Shown here: in pieces, positions 26,501-37,706 of the stretch
How positions within the stretch are numbered: the stretch's first letter is position 1
Layout: every line of letters starts with the position of its first letter
Assembly: GCF_964204645.1 (NCBI RefSeq)
Contig: NC_134036.1
Span: forward strand, 372,001-436,000
From: Tubulanus polymorphus
Lineage: Eukaryota; Animalia; Nemertea
Reading direction: 5' to 3'
Length of the DNA stretch: 64,000 bases
Program-made: the position numbers and the translations under genes
Notes under the pieces: generated by a model
The model's input: only the letters and a program-made list of their open reading frames with translations
Told to the model about the DNA's origin: nothing
The model's database searches: none

Positions 26501-27707
26501 CGTCGGCTTGACGAGGTAAATTAGCACCTCCGGAATCAACTGTAAATAATCACATCAATTTAAACTCTCCATTTATATAACCATCAAACAGGGTGGCGCC
26601 AGTTACTACAAATTACAATTATCTGAGACTTTTACACAAAATTCCCTGAGTGTAAGTGAATCAGAGAGATTTTTTTAGATTTAAAAATTCAGTTCAATTA
26701 TCATTGAATCACGTATTGTTAAAGAAACACGTGGTCAATAGCATTATCAGAATTCCCTCCCGAGTTCTCCAGGTTTTTGGTAAAATTTGTCAAACTCCCG
26801 GAATTTTTCTGATTCACACAGTTTTCCAGGTTAGCGGCGCCACCCCGCTAAACACATTAAACAATACACACCTAAATAAATGCATGGAAGATGATTTTGT
26901 TGAGCTATTTCCTGAGCGCGTAGATGTTTCTTCACAGTTATCGGATAGTAAGAGCCTCCCTTGACAGTCGGGTCATTCGCTACTATCATACATTCAACTC
27001 TACACCAAAAACAAAAAAATTAATAAATTACTTATCATAACACGATTTAGAAAGAATCAAATCTAAAACGATGATATTAGTTTTACCCAGAGACGCGACC
27101 GATTCCCGAAATGATTCCACCGGCCGGCACGTCCTCTTTACCATACAGCTCATAACCGGCTAACTGTGACATCTCCAGAAACGGCGAACCTGGATCTAAT
27201 AGGCTGGTTATACGATCGCGTGGTAACATCTTACCTCGCGATGTCTGTCTCAATCTCGCTTTCTCACCGCCACCTATTGGAGATTATATACATCACACAG
27301 CTCGATTTCGACAATCAGAGTAACGGCCTAAAACCGACGGATCAGAATTTCGCGCCTACCTTGAACAATTCTGGATACATTTGATTTCAATTCGTCGACG
27401 ATCTCCTTCATTCGGCCATAATTACTCTTAAAATAGAAAAAATATTTCAGCTCAGAAAAAAAAACCATGCTTGCTACTGACCCTGTCCCTGCTGAACAAA
27501 CTCCAATCCAGACTGAAGAAATAGGCAAAACTTTAAATCGATCGATCGATGTCCGGCGGGACGTACCTGATATTGTTGCGAGTTGTACTCTGGTTTGGTA
27601 CCGATCGTTGGACAGCGATCCACGTGATATAATCTACTTCTCAAACTGACAGTTCGGGCAATTAAAACACAACCAGTTCTAAAAACAGGCGACGATGACG
27701 GAATCAT
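23530..27707 (-). CDS. MCCC2: Methylcrotonoyl-CoA carboxylase beta chain, mitochondrial (complete)
   Basis: Exons (minus strand): 27567-27707, 27360-27426, 27087-27273, 26872-26999, 26313-26539, 25996-26060, 25612-25711, 25361-25529, 24952-25028, 24797-24863, 24555-24711, 24079-24193, 23905-23990, 23530-23647. Arg/Ser-rich transit peptide. Motifs [28 protein letters not shown] and [15 protein letters not shown]; C-terminus FGIFRM*. Confidence 0.96.
23694..23842 (+). mobile_element. Short dispersed repeat with a minimal hammerhead-like core (Penelope-like pLTR fragment)
   Basis: CTGATGA-T-ggctaaca-gt-tgttagcc-GAAA-CG-TC at 23700-23733; flanked by direct repeats ACGTGTGTG; homologous inverted and direct copies at 49769-49955. 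Confidence 0.55.
24247..24480. repeat. Degenerate tandem repeat (gtcat.tgg.taagtc...attactgaagtcatctcta), about 3 copies
   Basis: Recurring attactgaag.catctcta block in an MCCC2 intron. Confidence 0.7.
25843..25908 (-). mobile_element. tRNA-derived SINE head (Pol III A and B boxes) in an MCCC2 intron
   Basis: Minus strand gtggcttggtggataagg (A box) ... gggttcaaatcc (B box) at tRNA-like spacing; no complete cloverleaf seen. Confidence 0.5.
26589..26847. mobile_element. MITE family D (CAGGGTGGCGCC termini, hAT-like)
   Basis: TIR cagggtggcgcc / ggcgccaccccg. Related ends and cagggaa-rich bodies at about 9563-9800, 12828-13030 and 21892-22047. No TSD seen. Confidence 0.55.
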
Positions 27708-28430
27708 CCTGCAACAAACAAACTTTACTGTACGGCAAATTTTTCCTACAACTTACGATATACAACCTACGACATCATGACTACCGTCCGCTAGCGCCAC
27801 CTCAGGGTATTTGTATGGACACCGGTACCGGACTATTGATTGATTACTCGGACTACTGGCGTTGCTGGCAGCGTCTATAAATACTTATTGCACCGCCAGG
27901 CATTTAAGGATTTTTGCCGAAGTATTGCTACTCCGTCCAGCGCCCATAGTGGACACTTATGAGGCCTTTTTATGAACCAGCAAAATCGAAATAGATTAGC
28001 TATATAGATTATATAGCCGATTAGTGTCAATTAGCATAACCGGGTATGTTGGTTGATAAAAACGCCAGGTAGAAAATATTCAATTATGGCCTACTCAGCA
28101 GCGACTTCTACCGAGAACACCATATCGGTTGGATTAGATAATCGGCATACTTGCTCGCCGAGCGAGTATGCTGAGTATGCTAATCGATTATGATAACCAA
28201 TGTTCATAAAAATGACGGATTATGACATAATCCATGCTCATAAAAACGTTTTGCATACTCGAATATACTAATCGAGTGTTCATAAAAAGGCCTATGGTCA
28301 GCTAATGAGAGTAAGCACAGGGAAGCGAGTTATACCGTCGGCGCTAGTCGATAAATAGTATGACCGGAAATGTGATAATTTTGCGATTTGCTCGAGATTT
28401 TTCGTTTTCAACTGCTTATTTATCAAATGT
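27708..28430. promoter_or_regulatory. Probable divergent promoter region for MCCC2 and the most upstream ZO-1 start
   Basis: CpG-enriched; CTCF-type motif gcgccacctcaggg at about 27794; ETS-like ccggaa at about 28364; plus-strand donor |GTGAGT at 28429 suggesting a non-coding first exon. Confidence 0.45.
27962..28293. mobile_element. 332-bp MITE with perfect 16-bp TIRs and a 3-bp TSD (ATG), PIF/Harbinger-like
   Basis: atg|aggcctttttatgaac ... gttcataaaaaggcct|atg. Confidence 0.85.
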
Positions 28431-29168
28431 GAGTTGAATTGATAGTTTGAAAACAGTTGATATGGAATTTAGAGACTGTTCAGAATAAGATGCAGTAGTT
28501 GTCATCAAACTGAAATAAACGGAAACTCATCAGGTTTTACGATATATTTCCCCGACCCCATCTGATGACAATTCGTACCCTGCATATATACAACGTGTCC
28601 CCACATTTCGACAAGCTATTTACAAATCCTACTTAACTGAATCATATATTTTCCTGTTTATCATCTGACTATTTTCTGTTTGACATCAGATTTGGATCTA
28701 GCTAGGGGCTGTAAGAACATAATTGTACTATTCCAGTATTCTGATAATGCTTCCACAAGCAGAGTTGTAAAATTTTGTTGGCAAGACGCGTATGAAATGT
28801 CCAGAAACTAACAACAGGATTTGAGCATAGTCCGGTATATTGGAAAACTTTTAAAAATGAGTTAATGAGCTACGTCATGAGTTGACTATGACATCAGTGA
28901 TCTGATATAGTTTTTGAAAAGTAAGAACTATAGGCCGACAGCTGATACACTGTTGTAAAATTCATTGATGTTACGCAGTTTCAATTATGGCTTCATTTGT
29001 TAAACTATAAACTCTTTGTATCACTGTTTTTATAGCCCAACAGGACTGACAGATTTTCACGATGATGAGCTCTATGTGAGAAGTGTTTGATGAGTGTTAA
29101 CTTCCGTCCATGTTTCTGTACCGTCCACTCTCGTCCACTTTCTCGTCCGACCAGATATCTGATGCAAT

Positions 29169-29434
29169 ATGAATAATGCTGAATACAGGTATGTCAAAAA
29201 TTCACAATAATTTCGATGCAGAATTTTATTTTATTAATTCGTTTATATTTCTTAACTCCTCATCTCTTAACTAGTAAATACACTTGGAACTATGATACTG
29301 CTGACGCGAGGACACGCCCGGGTCCGCGGGCTCAACCACCGCATACTGATGCGAGGAACGGCCCTTACTCTCAGGATACAGCTGATACACGGAGAATTGA
29401 TCCTAACCCGCAAACTAATAACATTCCAGAAACA
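29169..29434 (+). CDS. Candidate ZO-1 alternative N-terminus A (two exons, 29169-29188 + 29275-29434; MNNAEYSKYTWNYDTADARTRPGP...NIPET)
   Basis: ATG at 29169; donor AG|GTATGT (phase 2); polypyrimidine acceptor ctag at 29274; open frame to donor ACA|GTAAGT (phase 0), which matches the phase-0 acceptor at 49023. Confidence 0.6.
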
Positions 29435-29479
29435 GTAAGTTGAATTTAATTCTTATTTTGGCAGAAAGTTGGATATTTT

Positions 29480-29710
29480 GATATCTCATTTGGATGGTAC
29501 AGCAGACTCCGCTCAAGTCTGATCTTTTGACTTGAGAGTGATATCTGAGTTGGATGGTACAGTAGACTCCGCTCAAGTCTGATCTTTTGACTTGAGAGTG
29601 ATATCTGAGTTGGATGGTACAGTAGACTCCGCTCAAGTCAGATCTTTTGACTTGAGAGTGATATCTGAGTTGGATGGTACAGTAGACTCCGCTCAAGTCA
29701 GATCTTTTGA
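29480..29710. repeat. 60-bp tandem repeat, about 3.8 near-identical copies, each with an internal hairpin
   Basis: Unit gatatctgagttggatggtacagtagactccgctcaagtc(t/a)gatcttttgacttgagagt. Confidence 0.95.
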
Positions 29711-30725
29711 TAACTGAGTTAGATGATACATAATTCAAGGGTAAAAAATCCATGATTTGGTTGGATCTTGGACTGATTTTACTATATTTCTCAATTGTTC
29801 GGTGTTTATATTTAGAAAGTACGAACAAACATTCTGCATCAATCGCCAGAACAGTTGACAGGTTGTGATAAAATTACTGACATTCATTAATATCAAATCG
29901 CTTTATTTCGTCAGCCAGGAAATTTTACCAATTTGGTAAGTCAGTCTCAAAAATACCTTTAAAAAGAAGTTTTTTTCGTATAACCTAGGAATGGAATCTA
30001 TTTTCGATACTTTCGTTGTCATCGGTTGTGATTTGATTAGCGAAAATAAGAAGCCGTCGTAATTAAGGGTAAATAGTTGATGTAAATCAGAGGGAGTCTT
30101 ATCCATACATTCCACTGTATATTACCAGTTCGATCAAATTACATATACACGTATAGTAAGAGTTCCTATTGTTTTAAATCACAGACCACAATGAGTCAGA
30201 CTGCTAGTCGCGACTCTCGCAGTCTTACTGACTGACTCCTGGATGACTGGATAACTTTTCTTCCGATGAAGAATCAAGTTTAGTTTTCGGTTTTTGTCCG
30301 GTTTTGGAAGTCAGCGTTTTTTCGTTGAAGGAATACTGATTTCAGCAACAACGCGCCCTGGAGATTATTGTGTCTATTTTCGGCTTTCGACGAACTCACC
30401 TCACCTGCCTGAGCCTCCTTCTATATCAGCTGTTCATTATTTCAATCATTTTATGGTGAAACTTTAGTTCGATGATATCTCGCCAAAGTGTTTATACTTG
30501 ACAAACTCGAACCCGGGAACACGACGTATCTGACTAACGCGCTATTGTCTCAGAAGTTCAAATTCTTCTAACTCTGTTTTACAAAGTCAATTGTTCTTAT
30601 ACTTGAAATTCATATTCAGGAAATTGAAACAGATTTAGGAAATTGAAACAGATTTTTCATTGCGCAGTTGAAGTTTGGACACTGGTTTAACTGTAGCGAT
30701 TGTTGTAGGATTGATCGATTTTACG

Positions 30726-31019
30726 ATGGCTCGAAAAAAGGATCAGAAAGAATCGAAAAATCTGCATTACTCTAAACGACTTGCGCCCCCTAGGGGTAGA
30801 TACGGTCACCCGGTGGTGCCATCTAGAGGCAGATACGGTCACCCGGTGGCGCCCCCTAGAGGTAGACACGGTCACCCGGTCCCGTACTGGTATGGGTCGT
30901 TACCACATTTTCATTCGGCGTGGTGGGATTTCGAGGATAGTTTGAGAGAAGGTGAATGGACTTCGTCCCGGCACCGTTCGCCCTATTTACCGTACCCCAG
31001 CCCGCACGGACGCAGTAGG
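30726..31019 (+). CDS. Candidate ZO-1 alternative first coding exon B (98 aa, with three 11-aa APPRGRYGHPV-type repeats)
   Basis: ATG at 30726; GC/CpG-rich open frame; donor AGG|GTAGGT in phase 0. Confidence 0.6.
30783..30880. repeat. 33-bp coding tandem repeat x3, each unit carrying a CTCF-type motif
   Basis: gcgccccctagggg (30783), gtgccatctagagg (30816), gcgccccctagagg (30849). Confidence 0.85.
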
Positions 31020-31583
31020 GTAGGTTTAACTGAATTTATTTTTGAACTATGATCGTGTCGTAGCTGAGTTCAGAGTTTCAGAGGAATGTTAAACAGCTGT
31101 TGATATAAATATCATATCGATATTTTACAGATATATCATATTACACACGAGCGGGCGTCGGTTACATTTCAATATCAATTTCACTATTCTATGTTGTTGT
31201 ATATATACATATGGTAACCTTTAAAAAGGGAAACATTTGTTGAAAATAAATGTTTGAAAAACACTTTTTTAACAGTTTAATTTCGCATGTAATTTATTTT
31301 GATAATTGCTCGTATTAAACGTAAGGGAGGTGATTTTTAGAATATCGGTAAAATATTTCTACGATGAGACAGATGTTTTCGAAATGTTGAAGTGTTTTGT
31401 CAGGAGGTGGAGAGAGTGAGAGAGAGGGGGGGTGACGTTGTTAAGTAATTTGTTTCTATCTGTTATTCTGTGTGTTGAGTAGTAGTAGTTGTCGATGTGA
31501 TCAGAGTCCGGTGAACGAAATCTTCTTTGAAACCAGAATCAAAACTTTCTGTCGTCATCTTCGGGAAAACCATGATTTTCTGA

Positions 31584-32171
31584 ATGCTCGAATTTTCGTC
31601 GTTGGTCGTCGGTATTTTTCGCCTGATATTATTTTCGATTATTTCGCGGCGTGTAATTTCGTGGATTTTACACCGACGACGACGACCGCTGCCACCAGGG
31701 GGAGACGCCGAGATGCCGTTTGCTAGGATCGTCTCGTTGTCGAGGTTGGATAGCGTGAGTTTATTGTCGCTACCGGTCGGAGAGATCACTCCGGATGATA
31801 AATCTCTTCAACACGGTTTAAATACTGATTCAGTTTCAAACTGTGAAGATAACCCTCTCTTGGAGCAGCTGTTCGATGAACGCTCATCCTCCAAATCGGA
31901 TCATACGGAAATTCAGTTAAATTCTGGAGAGGAAGATGAGAAATTGATTCAAACTGTGACTCCTCTACCGGCGGAGTCGACTCCGGAAGTCGACTCCGAA
32001 CAACGGGATACGTTGTTACCTGCTCTGAGCGTCTATACCGTTTTACCTGACCAGCACCAGGGGGAGACACCTGATGGAGGTATAATTTCGCCTCCGGTAG
32101 GATTTCGCACGTCGGAGGAGTCGATCCGTCTGCTCCCTTCACCTCCTCCGAATATCAATACTTTTCGATCG
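31584..32171 (+). CDS. Candidate ZO-1 alternative first coding exon C (196 aa; hydrophobic N-terminus, RRRR, acidic/Pro-rich linker)
   Basis: ATG at 31584; long CpG-rich ORF; donor TCG|GTAAGA in phase 0, after which composition turns intron-like. Confidence 0.65.
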
Positions 32172-32315
32172 GTAAGAAATTTCAATCTCAATTTATTTCT
32201 TCGACGCTTGATTTTATCAAATGCAATAATAAGGGGGATATATAGTTGATGCTACGATATCAACTTGAATTCTGCATTTGAGAGATGTCTACTTTATAGC
32301 TAAATAGGACTTGAC

Positions 32316-32575
32316 CAGACGCGGATCCAGAGTGGGGTTTCAGGGGTCGTGACCCCCCTGCTCAGCTACCAAAAAAGTTTTTTGTCATTTTCTTGAAGAA
32401 GTTATGTACTCAAGACAAATCGGGCGGACAGTACCGGTACATAATCGGTACCCTATCATCTTATGTTTGGCCCAACAATATGCCGTCTAGGCCATCTATC
32501 AGAGATTTTAGTCAGCGGTTTAACATAAACATTCTTTATTAATCCCTTCTGGAAAAAATCCTGGATCCGCACTTG
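32316..32575. mobile_element. 260-bp MITE with GCGGATCCAG-type TIRs and a 5-bp TSD (TTGAC)
   Basis: ttgac|cagacgcggatccag ... ctggatccgcacttg|ttgac. Confidence 0.7.
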
Positions 32576-35500
32576 TTGACTAGTCGAATGGGGTCCCTAC
32601 ATGAAAGGTAAAATAGACTGTGTCCTAGCTCGTCGTAGAATAGGGTCTGTAGGTAGAATAAGTTGTGTACTTGTATGAGTGATTATTGTTGAAAGCCTGG
32701 GACTCTCTTTCTCGATAGTCTAGTCCTACTGGGTGACGCTGTCACGTACAGTACTTTACAAACAATGGGCTCGTTCCAGGGTCTCGCTGTAAAATATATA
32801 TATCTATATATATATATATATACACAGTCCACGAGGTGTATTAATATACACACATGTAACAAGGAGTACTACAGACGATTACTACAACGCGTTGTAGTCT
32901 AATACTAATCATTTATAACTGAGATTATAATTCATTATGGTATTAAACATATTTACTATATATCATTAGTGATTATGATCGGTGTTTTGTTTGGAGTCTG
33001 AGAATTTGTGAATATTTCAAGCGTGTTCGCAGGGATTTATTATTGAGTTATGTCTACTATGAAGGTATTCAGGGATTATTTTAGATTAGTAGCTTTCCAT
33101 TCATATTCGCTTAACTTTTTACTATGATACATATTTTTATTACGTAGATGCTTTTTAACTGTTATCTGAGACACTAAGTTTATATAGAGGAACAGCTACT
33201 TTTTGAGAATACTGATTTTACTGATAATCAAAATAGGGATTAGAGAGAATAGAATTTATACGTGACATAGATTTGAATAGTGTAATATATGTCAATGTAT
33301 AGATGTATAATTTTTTAAACATTATCAATATCAGTTACTTTAACTAGTATTTTAACTGTATTGGATATCATTAACTGTTCTACGTTTATGATAAGACAAT
33401 TTTAAATAAGATTGGATTAGATACTATTTAATTAATCCATGACATGTGAATTAACATTTTCAATTTGAAAACATTGTCAATATTGGTTATTTTTCTAACT
33501 AGTATTTTAACTGTAGGTATCGGATCATCCTGTTCCAATTTCACATGGAGAAACAGATAAACAATTTGTAAAGGGTTTGAGTATCTTATGATGTCATTAT
33601 ATGTTAAAATGAAATGTAATGAATTTATTAGAAATGGATCATGCATAAACACATATAACAGCGATGTGTGACGTACTACAGCAGTATTATAGGAAATATA
33701 ATACTTCAAAAATCTATTGAATGTTTAGAGTGTCAATGCAGCCCCCAGTCTATACACAACGACATTGCTGTTATTCATTTCAATTTAAACAGTCGAAATA
33801 TATCCAATTGAAGTTATTCGATTCAGGCAAATTTCTATGGAATTATTGTTCACTCGTGGTGCAATTATTGTTTTATTCGATGATTTCTTTACCCTGAGGA
33901 TATGAGTAACATCTATATCAATCAATCTATACCTGTCTATCTCTCTCGAGGAAATGGCTTCAATTCATATTTATTTGTTTATTTCTTGACCTGTCAGGTT
34001 TTCCTGAGATAGATATCACCTCACAACATCGAGAGAGTAAATATGAAGGTGTCCTAACACGTCCTGTATTCAAATTGACCTTATTTACTTTACTTTTAAA
34101 TGGTTGAATTCTACTATAATTGGTGTCTATATCTCCGGGCTATGTTTGTGTAGGGGCTCGTTAGTATTATTCATGTAGTATGGATTTCATTGTCGCCGAT
34201 CTAGAGCTAATGAGCGTAGAAAATTGTAATTCACATTTCTTAACAACTGTTTTTCACGCTGTTCTGTGAAATTTCAGGTAATTAAATTCAGAATCGGGTA
34301 TTGATTGAGTTGATGATATTTTAGCTCGGTTTTAGTAGATATCTTTAGGCTATTTGTATTAGGGGTTAGGGGTACAGCGAGGTCTGGCTGAAATCTGCTG
34401 TTATATTCTGGGAAAATGACTGTTTGATTAAAGCAATAAGAAAACAGAATGGTGTAATGACAAATATTAGTTTTATAAGTTATAGTTAGGATAGATGTTG
34501 GTTCTTAGCCGGGACAGTTATATTCTTGCCTACAAGTTTAAACATTCAAAATTCTCAGAGATTAATTATTAAAAAAATTGCAGAAATTTCCAGTATAGAA
34601 AACTCTCAAATACACGATATATGTGTGATACCTGTTAACTGGATTATCTGTTGAGAAAACTGGATTATCTGGAGATTAAACTGGATTAAGACAAGATGGT
34701 AAAGGATTATGAATGGATGCAGGTGACAGAGGTTTGTATATTGTTTGTCATATTTTTATAAAAGGGGGCAGGGGGTGGGGGGTTGTAGAGTGTTTGAATT
34801 TTTGACAATGTTAGATGGTGTAGAACTTGAGGGAGGGGATGGCAGGAATAAAAATAAGGAGACTTATATTAATCTCAGTATTCAGAGTTTATGAATAAAA
34901 AACCCACGGTTTATTTTGTGACAGTTTCAAATTAAACTTCTTCGTCAGAGAAATGAAAAAAATGAACTAAAACGTGTGGACATGGAGTTGAGAGGGTTGT
35001 AGTAGTATAGGTTATACCTATAAAAAATAAAAACCAACCATGTACAAATCTAAAAGCAAAATTTATTATTCAATTATTGAAAATTGAAAGTTCTTTATAA
35101 GAGCGTTTTATATATTTCCTGTACTGAATTTCTAGTTTAAATATTTTCCAGTGCTAAAACAACTTGTTCTTGTCACTACTAGAAAAACATGCAGCTTAAA
35201 AAGTGTCAATTGACGAGTAACCTAAATACAGTCAGTACATTTACTTTCATATAATGTCGCGTTGTAAAGGGTGACAAGTTTATTCCATAGAGACAATAAA
35301 AGATAAATGTCTATTTTGAATTCTGGATTTCTAGAACTATCATTGTCGTTTCATAGTCAAATTGCGATTACACGTTTGGTACAATTAATATATATAGAGG
35401 TTTATTGCAGATCAGTGGCCATTTACCTTTACTGGAATATTTGTAGTTTTAAAGTTGACCTAACAGATTTTTTCATGAATCTGTCGCGAAGGACGTATTT

Positions 35501-37662
35501 TAAAATCGTTTTGATGCAATTTATTCAGTTTAAGTTTAATTTTATTCACTCGCGTTGATGCAGTAGATCAAACATTTCTAGAATCAGATATTTGATCATA
35601 ATTAGTGATCACACGGAGAAAATTTGGTGCAGGCCAAAAATGCTTGTTCAATCGCAGCTATAGTGTAAATTTGACAGTATTACGAAAAGCTATCGTTGAA
35701 ATCTGGTGAAGAATTTTCAGTGTTCCATATGTTAAAGGTGTTATATGTACTGATCCAATATGTGTGTAATTCAATCTGTAATCAGTTTATATTTGACTCC
35801 CTTTAATTACATTATACTTCTAATCTACATATATATTACTTTCTTCTTTTCGCCCTGAATTATACATTCATGTTTGAGTGATTTAGATAAAATGAATTGG
35901 GCCTTAAATCAAGTACTGTATGCAAGCAGTGGGGCCTTACATGACCTGATCACTACTCACTCACTGAGGTCACGTGACCACTCAGTGACCATCAACAGTC
36001 AGCATAGAGACCTAGCCAATCACAGAAACCCTAGCAGACCACTCTAGTCTGCATAGAGACCTAGGGTTAGGGTTAGCCAATCACAGTAGCCCTAGCAAAC
36101 CATGTGACCTAGGGTTAGGGTTAGCGAATCAGATCAGCTCTAACAACGACCAATCAGCATTGTCCTACTGGTAGGGTTTGGGCCTGATATGTCATGATAT
36201 TGACACACACTTTTGGACATAAAAATATCATTGGGAGCCTCAACTTGAACTAGTACCACACTAGTTGAAAATAAGCTCGAGTTAGAAATGAATGTAAAGA
36301 GAGTTTAGTTCAGTTTATTACCGCCAGGTGTCGGATAACATCATTTGTACGTTTAGATGTATTTACAAAGAAAAAACAAGATTTTCAAAAGATAGAATTC
36401 ATCATGTTCCATATCCTCACACAATTTACAAACAAACAAAATGATGATCCATTTCTCTACATTAATACCAAACCTAAATGTATATATTACACTAAACAGT
36501 GTTAGCTGTTTAATAGTTAAATGTATTGAAGTCCATATATTTCTCAATGAACTATTATTTCTCTAATCATTTCGGAACAATAGGCAGTGCTGCCACATTG
36601 TGGTAGATATACTCACTAATACTGTCTAGCGCACAATAATGGGCTGAGTTTAATAGACTGGTATTTACTTAAACCTGGGGGTTTACTCAATTAATAATGA
36701 ATTGAGTTGGGTTTAAGTTGTTAATACCAGTCTATAAAACTGGACCATGGTATTTAAGTTAGTGGAATAGTTGAATATCTTATGAATCTGTGTTTAACAA
36801 ATTTTTTTCATTATTCGAGCAGTTTTTATTTCCTGGAAAAATGCTAAACATTTTCAAAAACTTCCAAAATGACCAACGGAACAATAACTGAGACAATCCT
36901 GTTGAAACAGTGATGATGGTTGTTTGACGGTGCTTTGTATCAATCTATTGTTAGTGGATGATGAACCATTTTCCTGTCATTTCCCGTTGGACAAATTTCA
37001 TTGTCAATAACTGAAGAATAGTTTCTACACCTAAAATGTGTTTTTCAATGATTTCATTAATTGAAAAAGATGCTGTTTTTATGTACGTCAAAGAAGAAAC
37101 CCTTTTTTATCAAGATGAAAAAGATACAATATGATAATAGCTGAATATGTGTCATTTTATGGATAATGAATTCAAAGTTGTTTCTTTTGATGAAATATTC
37201 GAGTAAAAAGGCTCGGCGAGTTTGCGCAGCGGTCATCTCTGATATCGGTAACCGTGGGAAACCAGACCCCTCGATTGTAACAATTAGCCCGCATGTTGTC
37301 GTTTTGTGTTTCTTTGTACAAAAAAAAGTAGCGATGGTTTTTGACGGATTTCGATAGCTCCCTCACATTACAAAAGTTCCTATACATATTTTTGCCCTCG
37401 GTTTATTTATTTAACACGCAGGAAATGGTGAAAAAATAACAAGTATAATTTAATGCTCGGTGATAAAGTATTCTTCATGTGTGGTCAGTGCGGGAATCTG
37501 AAATGGACATTTCATTTAGACTGCTCCCGGCTTGTGGCTAATTCCTTCAATGCGTAGTTTTTTCTATGAGTTTCCTCCAAAGATTCATGTATTTCAAAGA
37601 ATAAAATGAAATCGTTTGAAATTATTGGATAAAGATGTGTGGAATTTTCAACCTTAACTCAG

Positions 37663-37706
37663 TATTCCTGAAGATGACTATTAGAATATAGTCGAAATGT
37701 CGGATA
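37663..37706 (+). ncRNA. Minimal type I hammerhead ribozyme motif (Penelope-type)
   Basis: UAUUC-CUGAAGA-U-GACUAU(uagaau)AUAGUC-GAAA-UG-UC-GGAUA: conserved core, 6-bp stem II, 5-bp stem I, no stem III. Degenerate homologues on the minus strand at 52270-52360. Confidence 0.55.

Noticed and set aside
29415-29828. 137-aa repetitive ORF, or a CRISPR-like array with palindromic units
   Set aside because: The ORF is a by-product of a 60-bp (multiple of 3) tandem repeat, and there are no spacers.
36060-36125. TTAGGG telomere-like motifs (also at about 1430 and 1900-1945)
   Set aside because: Only 2-3 units embedded in dispersed-repeat-like sequence; not evidence of a telomere or a fusion site.
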